From NCBI RefSeq assembly GCF_006345805.1, contig NC_042999.1, positions 59,458,001-59,522,000 on the forward strand: a stretch of 64,000 nt of DNA, given 5' to 3'. This document shows positions 1 through 13,004 of this stretch, piece by piece. Below the pieces are notes generated by a model. That model did not search any database, was not told the origin of the DNA, and saw nothing but the letters and a program-made list of their open reading frames with translations. Position 1 is the stretch's first letter; each line of letters opens with the position of its first letter. Position numbers and translations under genes: made by a program. The DNA is from Octopus sinensis. Its lineage: Eukaryota.

Positions 1-294
1 AAAAATACAAAAATGGGACAAGAACGCAAAACATTCAGACAGTTAGGTGAAACAAATAAAGGAAAACAAAATATCCAGACAGACGATACAAAGAAAACAA
101 GTACTGATCATTCGGAGTTTTCTTTCTTCAGTCGAGTTTCAGATTATCTTTGCAATTTCGGCTGGTTATACTAGAGATTGCTCCAATCTGGCCAGCCCCA
201 AGGAAAAATAAGCTAAGCGAATCACATTCCTTGGAAGAAAGCAGCGAATGTATACGAAACAAGGACGGAAAAACCCCCCAGAAATGTTACACAA

Positions 295-295
<1 letters not shown>
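1..295 (-). mobile_element. Probable Penelope-like terminal-repeat fragment abutting an (AT)n tract
   Basis: Minus strand has a hammerhead-like stem II (GGCTGG...CCAGCC) followed by GAAA and a T-rich tail, but no CTGANGA box. Similar in style to the 550-838 and 47170-47335 inserts. Confidence 0.35.
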
Positions 296-365
<70 letters not shown>

Positions 366-457
366 GTGTGTGTATATATATATATGTGTATATATATATG
401 TAAACTTACTTGGAAATGGATGCGTGGCGTTCAATTAACTAATAATTTAAATAAGAT

Positions 458-491
<34 letters not shown>

Positions 492-493
492 AT

Positions 494-535
<42 letters not shown>

Positions 536-548
536 AATATATATATAT
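296..548. repeat. (AT)n microsatellites; representative of dozens of (AT)n, (AC)n, (TAGA)n and (AAT)n tracts across the window
   Basis: Directly visible simple repeats; source of the YIYIYI/THTH/CVCV ORFs. Confidence 0.98.
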
Positions 549-549
549 G

Positions 550-838
550 TAAATTCATATATGAAAACAACATGAAATCCGAAAAACAAATGAGTTAAAT
601 ACGCAAACAACGAGAGAAAAATGGAAAATAGGACAATACAAAGAATACAAACAAACGACCTTTCATCAGTTGTCGGGTGTCTAATTACTTCCAATTTCGA
701 GTAAGACATCCGACAACTGATGAAAGGTCATTTGTTTGTATTCTTTGTATTACTTTCCTGTTTTCCCTTTTTGTCCCGTTGATTGCGTATTTAACCCATT
801 TGTTTTCGTATTCCATGATGTTTACCGTTGATGAATTC
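550..838. mobile_element. Imperfect foldback element (~135-bp inverted arms, ~21-nt spacer) between (AT)n tracts
   Basis: AAGAATACAAACAAACGACCTTTCATCAGTTGTCGGGTGTCT (641-682) is the near reverse complement of AGACATCCGACAACTGATGAAAGGTCATTTGTTTGTATTCTT (704-745); similarity continues outward. Confidence 0.75.
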
Positions 839-851
839 CTGTAGCCATACA

Positions 852-935
<84 letters not shown>

Positions 936-990
936 GTATATATATATTTAGGGGGAGATAGATAGATAGATTGATAGGTAGGAAGGTAGG

Positions 991-1058
<68 letters not shown>

Positions 1059-1318
1059 AGATAGATAGATATAATATGATTTACCATCTATAGATATCTG
1101 AAACGTTGAAGAGTGAGGGCAAGTCACCGAAGAGGTCGTTATTCGCGAAGAAGTGTCATTTAAATAACAAGCAACCGACTGCTTCTTTAACCAACACATG
1201 AAGCAAACGATCGAGTAGTTAGTTGGTTAGATATTCATCCAACTGACTAAGAATAAAGCACTGATATTGAATCAGTACGCGTGTCATTATCATTGGCGTA
1301 ATGACCCTCCCACGACAC

Positions 1319-1382
<64 letters not shown>

Positions 1383-1651
1383 GTATATATACGTGTGTGT
1401 GTGTATATGTGTATGTGGGTTTGTGTGTATGCGTGTGTAAGTGTGTGTGTACGTGTGAATGGTGGAACGAAAGAAAAACTTCTGAACACATTTACTAGGA
1501 GTTTCGTATATTGCTATTTAAAGCAGTTCGATTCGGTTCTCTGCGACTTAAAGTTTCGCAGGATTCTAACACAAACCAAACCTGATCATGTTCAGATTAA
1601 ATAATCTGAGCCGAGACGAAAGAGATCTCTGTTAGAAGCCTGCGAGATATG

Positions 1652-1698
<47 letters not shown>

Positions 1699-2496
1699 AG
1701 ACTAGAGAAACGGTGAACGAGTGAGGTATGGAGGAAAAGAGCGAAGGAGCGAATGCAAGAGTGAATGAATGAGTAACTGAATAAGTGAGAGAATGAGTGA
1801 TTGATTGAGTGATAGAATGAGTAACTGAATAAGAGAGAGAGAGAGAGGGGGAGAGATAGGAGACAAACTAGATAAAGGATGAATGGTTGAGGGATGGAGG
1901 GAGAGAGTGAAGGAGCGAATGCATGATTGAATGAATGAGTAACTGAATAAGTGAGAGAATGAGTGGGTGAGTGATTGATTGAGTGATAGAATGATCGACA
2001 GAAGGAGATAGAGGGAGAATAGGTAATTATTTATACAAGCACATACATAATATATAATTTGTACGTGAGTGTGTCTCTGTACACATGTACTAATGAAACT
2101 TTTTGATTGATCACACACCGCAGGTAGCTAGTTATAGAGATAGCTATTTTAGATTAGTTCTGTATAATTGTATGTAATATTGTGTTCAGAGACAATATTT
2201 ATAACGGACCAAGAGATATTTTAATTATTCCTCTCAGCAGGACTTGCACGGAAGCAACTGTGAATAATTTTCTTCTCGTACCGTTCGTTCTAAGCAAGAT
2301 ATTCTGTAACTGAATAATACCAAATAGCAAAAATATAGAGTTTGAGGTACTTCCATGACTGTCAGATTAACTGCAAATTTTCGAAGAGAGTTAATTATAA
2401 ACGTGTCTGTACCAATTGTTTTATATACGTTTATGCGTGCAAGTACGTGGGTGTCTATGTATGAATCTATATATATATATATAATCACGCATGTGT

Positions 2497-2544
<48 letters not shown>

Positions 2545-3494
2545 TTATCTATGTTTCTGCAGGTATATATATATATATGCATATATATGTATATATATAT
2601 ATATACATATATGCATATATGTATATATATATATATATATCCATACATATATATAGATATACTTATATATATATATGTATATATATATACGCATACTTAT
2701 ATGTATATGTATATATACATATACCTATGTATATTTATATGTTTATATATATTTAAATGTATATATGTATACACACACACACATATATATATGTATGTAT
2801 ATATGTATATAAACACACACATACATAGAGACACACACATATACTTACACGTATAATGATACGTCAATCAAACTAAATTGCATCGAAGATGTAAAACAAT
2901 TGCTTCGACTCACTAATTGCTTTTTCCTCTCAGCTGTGCAGGCATTCAAGGGACGAATCACAACATTTCTGGGGTAGAGTTGACCCTGGCTGTTTGATTT
3001 ATTTCTTCACAGAACCAATAACCGCCTTCATTCGACTCTTAAATATCTTTGCTGTTTGTTCACTCTCTTTGCAAGCATTAAGGTCAGGCCTTTGTTTTTT
3101 TGTTGTTGTTTTTTTTTTGGTTTTTTGGTTTTCTTTTCCAGAATATTGTCTTTTCTTCACCATCCAGTCTTGTGAACCCACAGAATGTTTTGTGGGCGCT
3201 GTCCCTTTCCTCCGCTGACATGTCTATGCAGAAAATCATGCGTGGAATGAGATTTCATTCTGAAATCTCGCATGCTCGTTGTTTTCTTCTATTATTATAT
3301 TAATTAATTTTATTTCTATGTTTTGGTTTATGTTTTTCACTGCTTGATTTGCCTAATAGTGGTTTTTATCTCTAATTTAATATATAAATATATATATTTA
3401 TACTGTAAAATTAGATTTAATCCTAAATCTAATTTTTCCCTGTATGTTTGGATTTATTGTTATATATATATATTGTTATATATATATATATATT

Positions 3495-3778
3495 TATCAA
3501 TAATAAAGGGTGAAATTAATTAATTTAGAAATAATCATTAATTTCACCAAGTAGAGTTCGGCATGTAAAAGCCCCATTCAAGGTTAAGTAATACTAAGTA
3601 ATTAAGGGTGTAGCAACGATTTGCCTCACCTCACACCGAATTTAGAAATAGCAGTCAAAAAGTTTTGGTTATTCATTCTACTTAAAAGTAGAATGAATAG
3701 CCAAAACTTTTTGACTGCTATTTCTAAATTCGGTGTGTGGTGAGGCAAATCGTTGCTAAACCCTTAATTACTTAGTAT
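3495..3778. mobile_element. Foldback element with a near-perfect 93-bp hairpin (3591-3683 / 3686-3778), inside (AT)n next to a SINE head
   Basis: Arms are reverse complements with 3 mismatches and a 2-nt loop; homologous to the 24.5-25.5 kb repeat. Confidence 0.85.
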
Positions 3779-3794
3779 ATATATATATATATAT

Positions 3795-3956
3795 ACGACG
3801 AGTTTCTTTCAGTTTCCGTCTACCAAATCCACTCACAAGGTTTAGGTCGGCTCGAGACTATAGTAGAAGACACTTGTCCAAGGTGCCACGCAATGGGACT
3901 GAACTCGGAACTGTGGTTGATAAGCAAGCTACTTACCACACAGCCACTCCTGCGCC
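3795..3956 (-). mobile_element. tRNA-derived SINE family A, head portion
   Basis: Reverse complement of the recurring head GGCGYAGGAGTGGCTGTGTGGTAAG...GGTTCAGTCCC...CACCTTGGGCAAGTG (pol III A/B boxes plus a CORE-like segment). Confidence 0.85.
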
Positions 3957-5236
3957 TACAGATGATAAGAAGTAAAAATCCTCCTGAATATATTATACAA
4001 TAAACCATAACCGACTACAGCACTGTACTTAATGATAAACAATTTCAAGAATATTCCCAAACAAATGTATCAAATTTTAAACGTTATTAAATAGGTATTT
4101 GAAAAATTGATTTCTATTGACACAGTTCTAATACAATTGGAGTGGAATTGTGTCAATGACCAAGTAACTGTAGTGTAACGAAAATGTTGACACATTGAGA
4201 ATTAATTTAATTTAAAAGTGAATGTGATAAATTTTGCCTGGTTTTAGTTTGTTAAAATTGCTATTTCGAGATATAATTGCTTCGGTTTCAACATGAGTTC
4301 TGCTATGAAATCAATTGCCAGACACTAAATGGAAAAATCGAAATTTCTAAAACTTCACTCAGGCAACAAAACTTTCGAAGTGGGCCGTTAAGTGTTGCCT
4401 GAAAAGATATAAAAAAAAAAATTTTAATGTAATATATTCTCTGTATTAAACACTGCACCTCACATAAAATATATACAAAGATTCATATGATAGCCGAGAA
4501 ACTAGACATCAAGAAAGGACAGGTTTCTATGGCAACGGTTTTTATTGAAATATTTATAAAAGGGTCACAGGAGATTATTGATTCGCTGAAATGGGTCGTG
4601 ATGGTGAAATTTGGAAAGTGCCGATGACTTACAATGATAAAATAACTAAAAAGGAAAACAAACAAAAACCTCATAACTAGCTTGTGCTAAACTTTATTCA
4701 ATCGTCTGTATAGCTTTTTAGCGTAAAGTGAAGATTGATCACTTTACATTAAACTTCAGTCTTCTCATTTAATGCATTCCATTAATTACAATCTAGTAAA
4801 TTGCTTTGTTGCTTGGCTATAGTTTTCAAACCAGAGTTATTGTCATCAAATGATTTTGTTTGGCGAGGAAAGAGACTGTTAATGAATTGACTCCTTCTAA
4901 CCTGCACAGGAAGATTATATTTTTCAAACTGCTCAGATTAGCATTATCACCTGAGCCACACTAATTACGAAACGTTCAAACGTTCAATGAGAAATGATCC
5001 ATTTCTGTGACATCAATTTTAAATGCAATTACTGAAGCAGAATAGGAAATTCTTTAATTATTTTGTTTGATCTAGTCATTTTTGCTAAGATCATGCTGGA
5101 GCAACAGATACTTCTTGGTTTTATAGATTCACAGATAAATAAATCAGAGAAAGGGTTGTGTTTTACAAACTAAATATGTTTCAATACATTTCACTCTATA
5201 TATGGTAGGATGACAAGATGAATTGAATGGAAAATA

Positions 5237-5399
5237 GGCGTAGGAGTGGCTGAGTGGAAAGTTAGCTTTTTTACGAACTACATGGCTTCAGATTCAGTCC
5301 CACTGCGTGGCACCTTGGGCAAGTGTCTTCTACTATAGCCTTGGGCCGACCAAAGCCTTGTGAGTGGATTTGGTAGACGGAAACTGAAAGAAGCTCGTC

Positions 5400-5447
<48 letters not shown>

Positions 5448-5708
5448 TATATATATGTATATATAATGTGTGTGTGTGTATGTGTGTATGTGTGTGTGTG
5501 TATATTTGTGTGTCTGTGTTTGTCCCCCCAACATTACATGACAACCGCTGGTAGTGTGTTTACATTCCCTTAACGTAGCGGTTCGGCAAAAGAGACCGAT
5601 AGAATAAGTACTACGCTTACAAAGAATAAGTCCTGGGGTTGATTTGCTCGACTAAAGGGTGGTGCTCCAGCATGGCCGCAATCAAATGACTGAAACAAGT
5701 AAAGAGAG
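5237..5708 (+). mobile_element. SINE family A, full copy (tRNA head, internal (AT)n/(GT)n, LINE-like tail)
   Basis: Same head and same tail (...GGTGCTCCAGCATGGCCGCA.TCAAATGACTGAAACAAGTAAAGAG) as the copies at 23365, 42550 and 49464. Confidence 0.9.
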
Positions 5709-5815
5709 CATCGGAGAATAATTATTTGTCGTATTTAATGCGTCATTTGCATTCTAATACCGGTTTAAGATAACTTTGTTGCCAGTCAGTTACGAATGCC
5801 GTTATAATCGATTTA

Positions 5816-8322
5816 AACCTTCACAAAAATAAAATGTCGCCATGTGTCTATGTTTGAATTCAAAAGGTTTTGCTCTCCCTAAATGCCCATCCTTAAAGAC
5901 TGAGGGAAAATCCCACATAAAAACTACTTTATAAAGTGGTTTTATAAAGGTCTTTCAATCTTAGTAACCAATAACATTTGTAGAAATCTATTGATCTAAT
6001 GTATATATTATCTGTAGATCTTTGTATGATACATTAAGTAAATAAATTATTTACATTCTTTAGATAGAAAAACGCAATTAAAACAACTAATAGGACATCG
6101 CAGATTCTATGTAGGATATGTTCTCTGGTTTCTAAGCAAACAACTCCGTCCCCACTGGGCTTTAATTTCATTATTATGAAAACTGAATATAGAAATGAAA
6201 CTTGTCTCTTAGCAGGTGATATGTTGTTCAGAAAACCGAGACTGTGATCAATTTTAAATTCTATTTTGATACAATATTCCCACATTTTACGATTAGCACT
6301 GATTTAGAGAAGTTGTCATACTGAGAGAAAAATGATTTACTTTCTATTTTTATCCAACGTCTGTGTGTTTAATATGTTCACAAAATCTCGGCTAATTATA
6401 AATCGAAGTAGCAAAGCAATTACTTCCATGATTCTATGTAGATTTTTCTAATATAAAAAGCAACAAATGATAACACATCTATTAAAAACACTCTCTCTTA
6501 GCATGAATCATGGATCTCAGTAAATCCGGCTTACATGATTTAAATATGTTCTACGTTTCGTTCGTTCCATTAATTTGTATATAAATTCGGTGAAATGCCT
6601 TACTGTAACTAAGTATTTATCTTGATAATTTCAGTGATGCAAATGTCTCTGAAGTTTTGCACAAGTATCGCATCCAGGTGCAACCTGGACGTGCCAATCT
6701 TATCTCCTTGAAATTTCAGGCCGAAAATATCCCACCAATGAGTTCGTGCCAATCTTCCCTGTCTTCTACACTAAAAGGTCTGTAGTGCTACATATGCAAA
6801 GAAACTGATATTGTTCCTTTATACTTGTAAATATAAACATCACATAATTAGAACCCATAAAGGTAGCTACAAGTACTACGTCTTATATGGATCGTCCCTG
6901 ACCAAAACACAGCTTTGACATAGCAAAAAAATTACATCGCAAGGAAGTACCAGAAAATACTTCAGTTCTCAACAGTTGTTATTTCTATGAAAAGCTCAAG
7001 CGAAGTTCACGAAAATACTGATTCCTCATCGAAGATGGTATTGCTGCTACGCAGATATCCTAGATTACATCCGGAAAAGAAAGGGCACCCTGTCGGTTGT
7101 CGTTTACAACGCAGATCAAATTCCACCTCACTCTACTCTAATGGCCTTTGTCCATTAGAGTTAACCAGTCTCAAGCCATTTATACCAAGGCCTGTGTGAC
7201 TAAAGCTTCTTACCTTATCTCCTCATCCACACTGTGCCTCCCTCCTGTACAGTTCCCCCATACTAACTATTAAGCTGAATCCGCTCTTCCTACTCATAAC
7301 ATCAAACGTCTAGAGTTCACTTTGTGTCATAACGTAAAGTATCATACATGTTGATCTCATCGTCTCTCCTGGATGATCTGCGAGTGTCACGGGATCAATT
7401 GTGTCCCCTAGACCCAAACGCTAACCATTAAAATGTTTCTTCTCTATGTATACGTCAATTTTCATAACACCGAAACCTCATGCTTTTGGATTCAAGTCAA
7501 TGCGCAATATCTTGTGCAAGAGCCTTCTGCTGTGCACCATTGTCTCCTGGTAGACGAAATAGGTGTTGAGGCCGGTCAAAGGGAGAGTCCATGTCTTGAG
7601 GTAGCAGACCTAATCTCTCATCTAATATCTAATTTAACCCAGTTCTAAGCTGCATTCAGCAAATTCCTATCTTTTATAATCATTCAGGACAAAGCTCCAA
7701 ATATTTCGTAAATGGGGATCAAAATTGTTTATAGGCAACAAGAACAAGGCAGAAAATATTTCGATTCAGACAATCGCTTCCAGTAATATATTCCTTCTGT
7801 TTGGAGAGTTCCTGTTTCGTATGTAAATTCCCTTAGCTCAGATGCAATGAAATTTATATCCATTTTGTGCTGAATGAGTCATACTTAGTGTGATAATACT
7901 TTAGCACCTTGTAATATCATTTTCAGAGACATCTGATTTTGTTTTCAAAGCAACAAAATATTCAATTTGCTTTTATATTCCTCAGATTTTACAAAATAAT
8001 TTTTTTTCAATGGAATAGTGAGACATGAATTTCATAATGGTTTCCGATATAGGAACAGAATTGCATGTTTTGTGAAAGTAAGGTGAAAGATTTTTTTTAT
8101 ACATACAAACACAAATACATACTTGCATACATACATACATTGTTTAATAGATTTCTGCAAATGTTATTGGTTATTAAGATTAAAAATCCTTTATAAAACC
8201 ACTTTATAAAGTAGTTTTTATGTGGGATTTTCCCTCTGTCTTTAAGGATGGGGGTTTAGGTAGAGCAAAACCTCTTGAATTCAAACATAGACACACGGCG
8301 ACATTTTATTTTTGCGAAGGTT
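5816..8322. mobile_element. Non-autonomous DNA transposon with ~135-bp terminal inverted repeats
   Basis: 5816-5950 (AACCTTCACAAAAATAAAATGTCGCC...TTTTATAAAGG) is the near reverse complement of 8188-8322; no transposase ORF inside. Confidence 0.7.
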
Positions 8323-8325
8323 ATA

Positions 8326-8549
8326 GGCGTAGGAGTGGCTGTGTAGTAAGTAGCTTGCTTACGAACTACATGGTCCCGGGTTCTGTCCCACTGCGTGGCA
8401 CCTTGGGCAAGTGTCTTTTACTATAGCCTCGGGCCGACCAAAGCCTTGAGTGGATTTGGTAGACGGAAACTAAAAGAAGCCCGTCGTATATATGTAAATG
8501 TATATATATGTATGTGTGTATATATTTGTGTGTGCCCCCCCCCCAACAT
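8326..8549 (+). mobile_element. SINE family A, 3'-truncated
   Basis: Head matches family A, followed by (AT)/(GT) repeats. Confidence 0.85.
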
Positions 8550-8579
8550 TAGAAAGCAAGAAGTGTAGAAACAAGCAAG

Positions 8580-8740
8580 GGCCAATAATAATTGGAGCAC
8601 TTGGTTGTGTAAGCAAATACCTAAACTGTCAGTCGAGATAAGCTTGGCTTTTCAGAAAAAGAAATCAACCGATTCGCACCTTACAAATGCAATTTGTATG
8701 CGGAACAGTAAAGCTATGCAAGACTTTTCTCAGGTTTAAA
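8580..8740 (+). pseudogene. C-terminal fragment of an R4/Dong-like REL-LINE ORF
   Basis: Translates PIIIGALGCVSKY...LQMQFVCGTVKLCKTFLRF, matching the PIIVGALG...QKIALLGTAHTLRR C-terminus of the LINE at 41368-41607. Confidence 0.6.
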
Positions 8741-9459
8741 AGGTGACATCGTTTTTGTTATCTACATTCCAATTATGGAGCTTTGTATCTTTGTTAGAAA
8801 CCAGCTCCTTCGTCAGAGGAAGAATTTTAATGATTAAATACAGTAAAGACATACGTACATTTCTATGCCCAGGTGAAATATTCACACAACAAAATAAAAA
8901 GAAAATGAAAGCCAAAATCAACCCGTCGACTTCAGGGGAATTTGGACTTAATAATATACGTTGAGGATATATTTTCTATCATTATTTGAAATACCAACAA
9001 ACATTGATTCAGTCATCTGCCTATGAGATACGAAGCAGTAGTTTTTCAGTATGTAGTTTAATGACACTTTTCTTAAATGAATAAAATCGGGAGCTTTAAT
9101 GAGGTTTTTCGTCCTACTAAAAATAACAGTAAAGAAAACCATATTGCACAAACTAGACCTTGAAAAGCAAAAGAACAGAACATGTCATAACTGTGATAAA
9201 TTCCGCTCTATATGTGTCTAAACTATCCACATTTGCCTGGAGCTAAGCAACAAGAAACAGATTAATATTTTTGTTCTCTCTCCCTTTCTATTTCCCACAC
9301 ACACCTGTCTCACTCCCTCTCTCTCTCTCACACACATAGACACACAGACACACTAACTCACAATCTTCAAACAACGCAACTACCTAAACCAGTGCTCCCT
9401 ACCTGGGGTCCATGGTGGTCCGTAAAGGTAGCATTGGGGGTTTATGTACTAAATTCAAA

Positions 9460-9496
<37 letters not shown>

Positions 9497-9498
<2 letters not shown>

Positions 9499-9720
9499 AA
9501 AGTAGTTGTATACTGTCAACTTAATGTGACAGTCCCATGAAGGTAATCATACTACTGCTATTTAGCCCTAGGAAGCAGCAACGCTTCCTGTCGGCCTTGA
9601 CACATTTCCTGTGTCCTCATGTTTGCAATGGTGAGATTACTGTCACATTAAGTTGACAGTATACAACTATTTTATCGTACCACTATTGCCTAAATCTCTC
9701 TGAAATATTTTAAATGTATC

Positions 9721-9722
<2 letters not shown>
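9497..9722. mobile_element. Head-to-head insert in (AT)n with 37-bp inverted arms; relative of the 48.2-49.0 kb hammerhead element
   Basis: 9497-9533 and 9639-9675 are inverted; 9534-9632 aligns to 48289-48390. Confidence 0.7.
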
Positions 9723-9777
<55 letters not shown>

Positions 9778-9817
9778 ACGTCAACTTCGGCAGGACTAGA
9801 ACTCAGAACGTGAGACA

Positions 9818-9955
9818 GCGGTTCGGCAAAAGAGACCGATAAAATAAGTAGTAGGTTTACAAAGAAAAAGTCTTGGGTCGATTTGCTTGACTAAAAGCGG
9901 TGTCCCAGCATGGCCGCAGTCAAAATGACTCTAAGAAGTAAAAAAAGAGTAAAGA
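9818..9955 (+). mobile_element. SINE family A tail
   Basis: GCGGTTCGGCAAAAGAGACCGAT...CCAGCATGGCCGCAGTCAAA tail sequence. Confidence 0.8.
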
Positions 9956-10779
9956 GTGTGTGTGTGTGTATGTGTGTTTGTGTATGTGTATGTGTGTGTT
10001 TGTGTATGTGTTGATGTGTGTGTGTGCGTGTGTGTGTGTGTGTGAGTGTGTGTATTGTGTATGTGCTTGTTTCTTTTTGTGTTCCGTCATTCCACTTCTT
10101 ATTGGAATTTCGTGTCAGGAAATTGTGTGATCACTTTCTGGGTTCGAGTCTCTGTGGAGTTATATTTGAATAACTATTAAGCTTTAGTGTCAGGAACGGT
10201 ATCCGACTGTCATGTAATGTTTTAATAAGATATTCGTCGAACCTATGCTGGCATGGAAATCAACGAACTCATATCAACATATGTGTGTATGTGTGTGCAC
10301 TTGCATATGAATATCTATACGTATAGACTAATAGATTTATATACGTATTTCCATTTGTGTGTGCCTGTGTGTAAATGTACCTGCATATTTACATATGTAG
10401 GTGTGTTGAGTTACATGTAATATAATAGGTATATGATATATATATATATTATATTCAAAAGATAAAGATTCAGTATTTAAGAATTTATTTTTTGAATATG
10501 GTACCGAACTTAGATGCAAAATAGAACTATAATGATTTAAAAATACAGTAAATGTGACGGTGATATCGTTAATGAAGCACAAGAATAGGATAGGTTTAGT
10601 ACGATGTTCATACAAGGACTTTATTAAACATTGCATACAGTATATAAATGTCCCGTATATCAGCACTAAAATCATGGAGTCTCTGACATCATAGTGTTGA
10701 GGATATTCATGAAGAATGTATTAAGTACATAAACAGATTCAAATGTCTATTAAAGTCCGTTAAAGATGATGTACAGTCC

Positions 10780-11000
10780 CCATCACAGAATTTAAAAAAG
10801 TCCTAATGATGAATTTCAAAAAAGTCTAAGAGTCCAGAGAAGCTGACCCGATCCATAGTGAACATATGATTTCCAGAGATATGAGGGGTTACATATCACA
10901 GAAAGAATTTATACATTGTATACAACGAGGTGGGTTCAATTCTGCTTATTAGCATTACAGAGATATAATTTGTATATGCACAATCCAATGTTTAGGTATT
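10780..11000 (+). pseudogene. Highly decayed LINE reverse transcriptase fragment
   Basis: KKSKSPEADPIHSEHM resembles the KSPGPDGI motif preceding non-LTR RT domains; many stops. Confidence 0.3.
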
Positions 11001-11251
11001 AAAATCCAAGAATTTCATATTCACGGCGATAAATATATCAATGTGACACATGAATGGTATATATCTTCTATAAAATAGGTATTGCCACATTATCAATATA
11101 TATTTTATACGAGGCGTGGCTATTTACATTTTTTATATATATATATATATTAGTATATATAACGCTTTATATATCTATACTATACACATATATATATCTA
11201 TTTGTGTGCGTGCATATATACTGAGATATGTAAATATACGCGTCTATAATC

Positions 11252-11315
<64 letters not shown>

Positions 11316-11392
11316 GTATGTATATATATATATATATATATATAATGTATGTTATATATATTATAATAGATATATATATATATATATATATG

Positions 11393-11749
11393 TGTGTGGT
11401 AAGTAGCTTGCTTCCAACCACGCGGTTCCGGGTTCAGTCCCAGTACGTGGCACCTTCGGCCGACCAAAGCCTTGTGATTGGATTTGGTAGGCGGAACCCA
11501 AAGAAGCCCGTCGTATATATGTGTATATATATGTGTGTGTATGTGTATGTTTGTATGTCTATGTTTGGCCCCCTTAGCATATATATATATGTCCCCGTCA
11601 CCTTGCGGTTCGGCAAAAGAGACCAATAGAATAAGTGCTGGGCTTACGAAGAATAAGCCATGGGCTCGAGTTGCTCGACTAAAGGCGGTGCTCCAGCATG
11701 GCCGCAGTCAAATGACTGAAACAAGTAAAGGAGTAAAAGAGTAAAGAGT
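11393..11749 (+). mobile_element. SINE family A, internally deleted copy
   Basis: Partial head plus complete tail. Confidence 0.85.
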
Positions 11750-11968
11750 ATATACACAGACATGTGTATACAATCGTAATACGCCATACACACACACCAT
11801 ATACAATATATATATATATCTATATATATATATATATATTATATATATATATATATCTTTATATTTATATATATATATATATACACACACAAATATATAT
11901 TTTTCGAAGATAGACACACATACACACATACACATAAATATCCACATATATATATATATATATATATA

Positions 11969-12007
<39 letters not shown>

Positions 12008-12795
12008 TAATATATATAATATATATATATATATATATGTACGTACATACATAGCTTATAGATGCTTATGCGTAAGTATGACATCAGCTAATACAGTTAC
12101 ATTGTTGCAGTCACATGATTATAGCATTTATTTACTTTGCGCATGATTAACTGTACTTAATATTCCTCTCGAAATTACATAAATGCAATTTTGCTGCTTC
12201 TAATTTTTTTTTACTCATTCCTCAAACTAACTTAATTCTTTTCTAAGTGGAAGAAAATATCCTTTTAAATTCCTACTCAGGCGCTTGTGTTTGTGTGTGT
12301 GTGTGTGTGTTTGTCGTCGTGTGTGTATGTGTGTGTATGTGTGTGTATGAGAGTGCATCGGCATACAGAGACGCACAAAATGGCTGTGTACACACATAAA
12401 GACATTTATACGGGTACATGTGTGTATATTGATATTTTTGTGTATGACTCTCAGACTCTCTTCATTCACACTGACACTTACACACACACACATATACACA
12501 CACATACGCACGAACACATTTTATATATGTGTATCTATCTCTCTCTCTCTATATGTATATATGTTTAGCTGTGTGTATAACAGCGCAGTTTATCTGTATA
12601 TGGGCACCCTCTTGATTGAGTAGTTGTATAAAGTTCTTTCAGTGCAATGTTTGCAGAAAGCATGTGTGTGTACGTAGATGTAAATGTGTGCGTATGTGCA
12701 GCTAAACAGAACATTAACATATAGACAGACTACCATACACACACAAACATTGTTATATTAGCTATTATCTATTTATCTGTCTCTTATTCCTCTTT

Positions 12796-12853
<58 letters not shown>

Positions 12854-12973
12854 TCTATATATATATATATATATGCATGGGTATAAGCATGTGTATGTTC
12901 TGTGAGAGTATGAGTGTTTGTATAATATATATATATATTGCATCTATACACACGTACTAACAGAGATGCATAC

Positions 12974-13004
<31 letters not shown>

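Noticed and set aside
717-745. CTGATGA hammerhead box in the first foldback
   Set aside because: No downstream stem II or GAAA.
9550-9570. CTACTGCTATTTAGCCC resembling TTGACTGCTATTTCTA of the 3.5 and 24.5 kb family
   Set aside because: Opposite orientation relative to the inferred element ends; homology not supportable.
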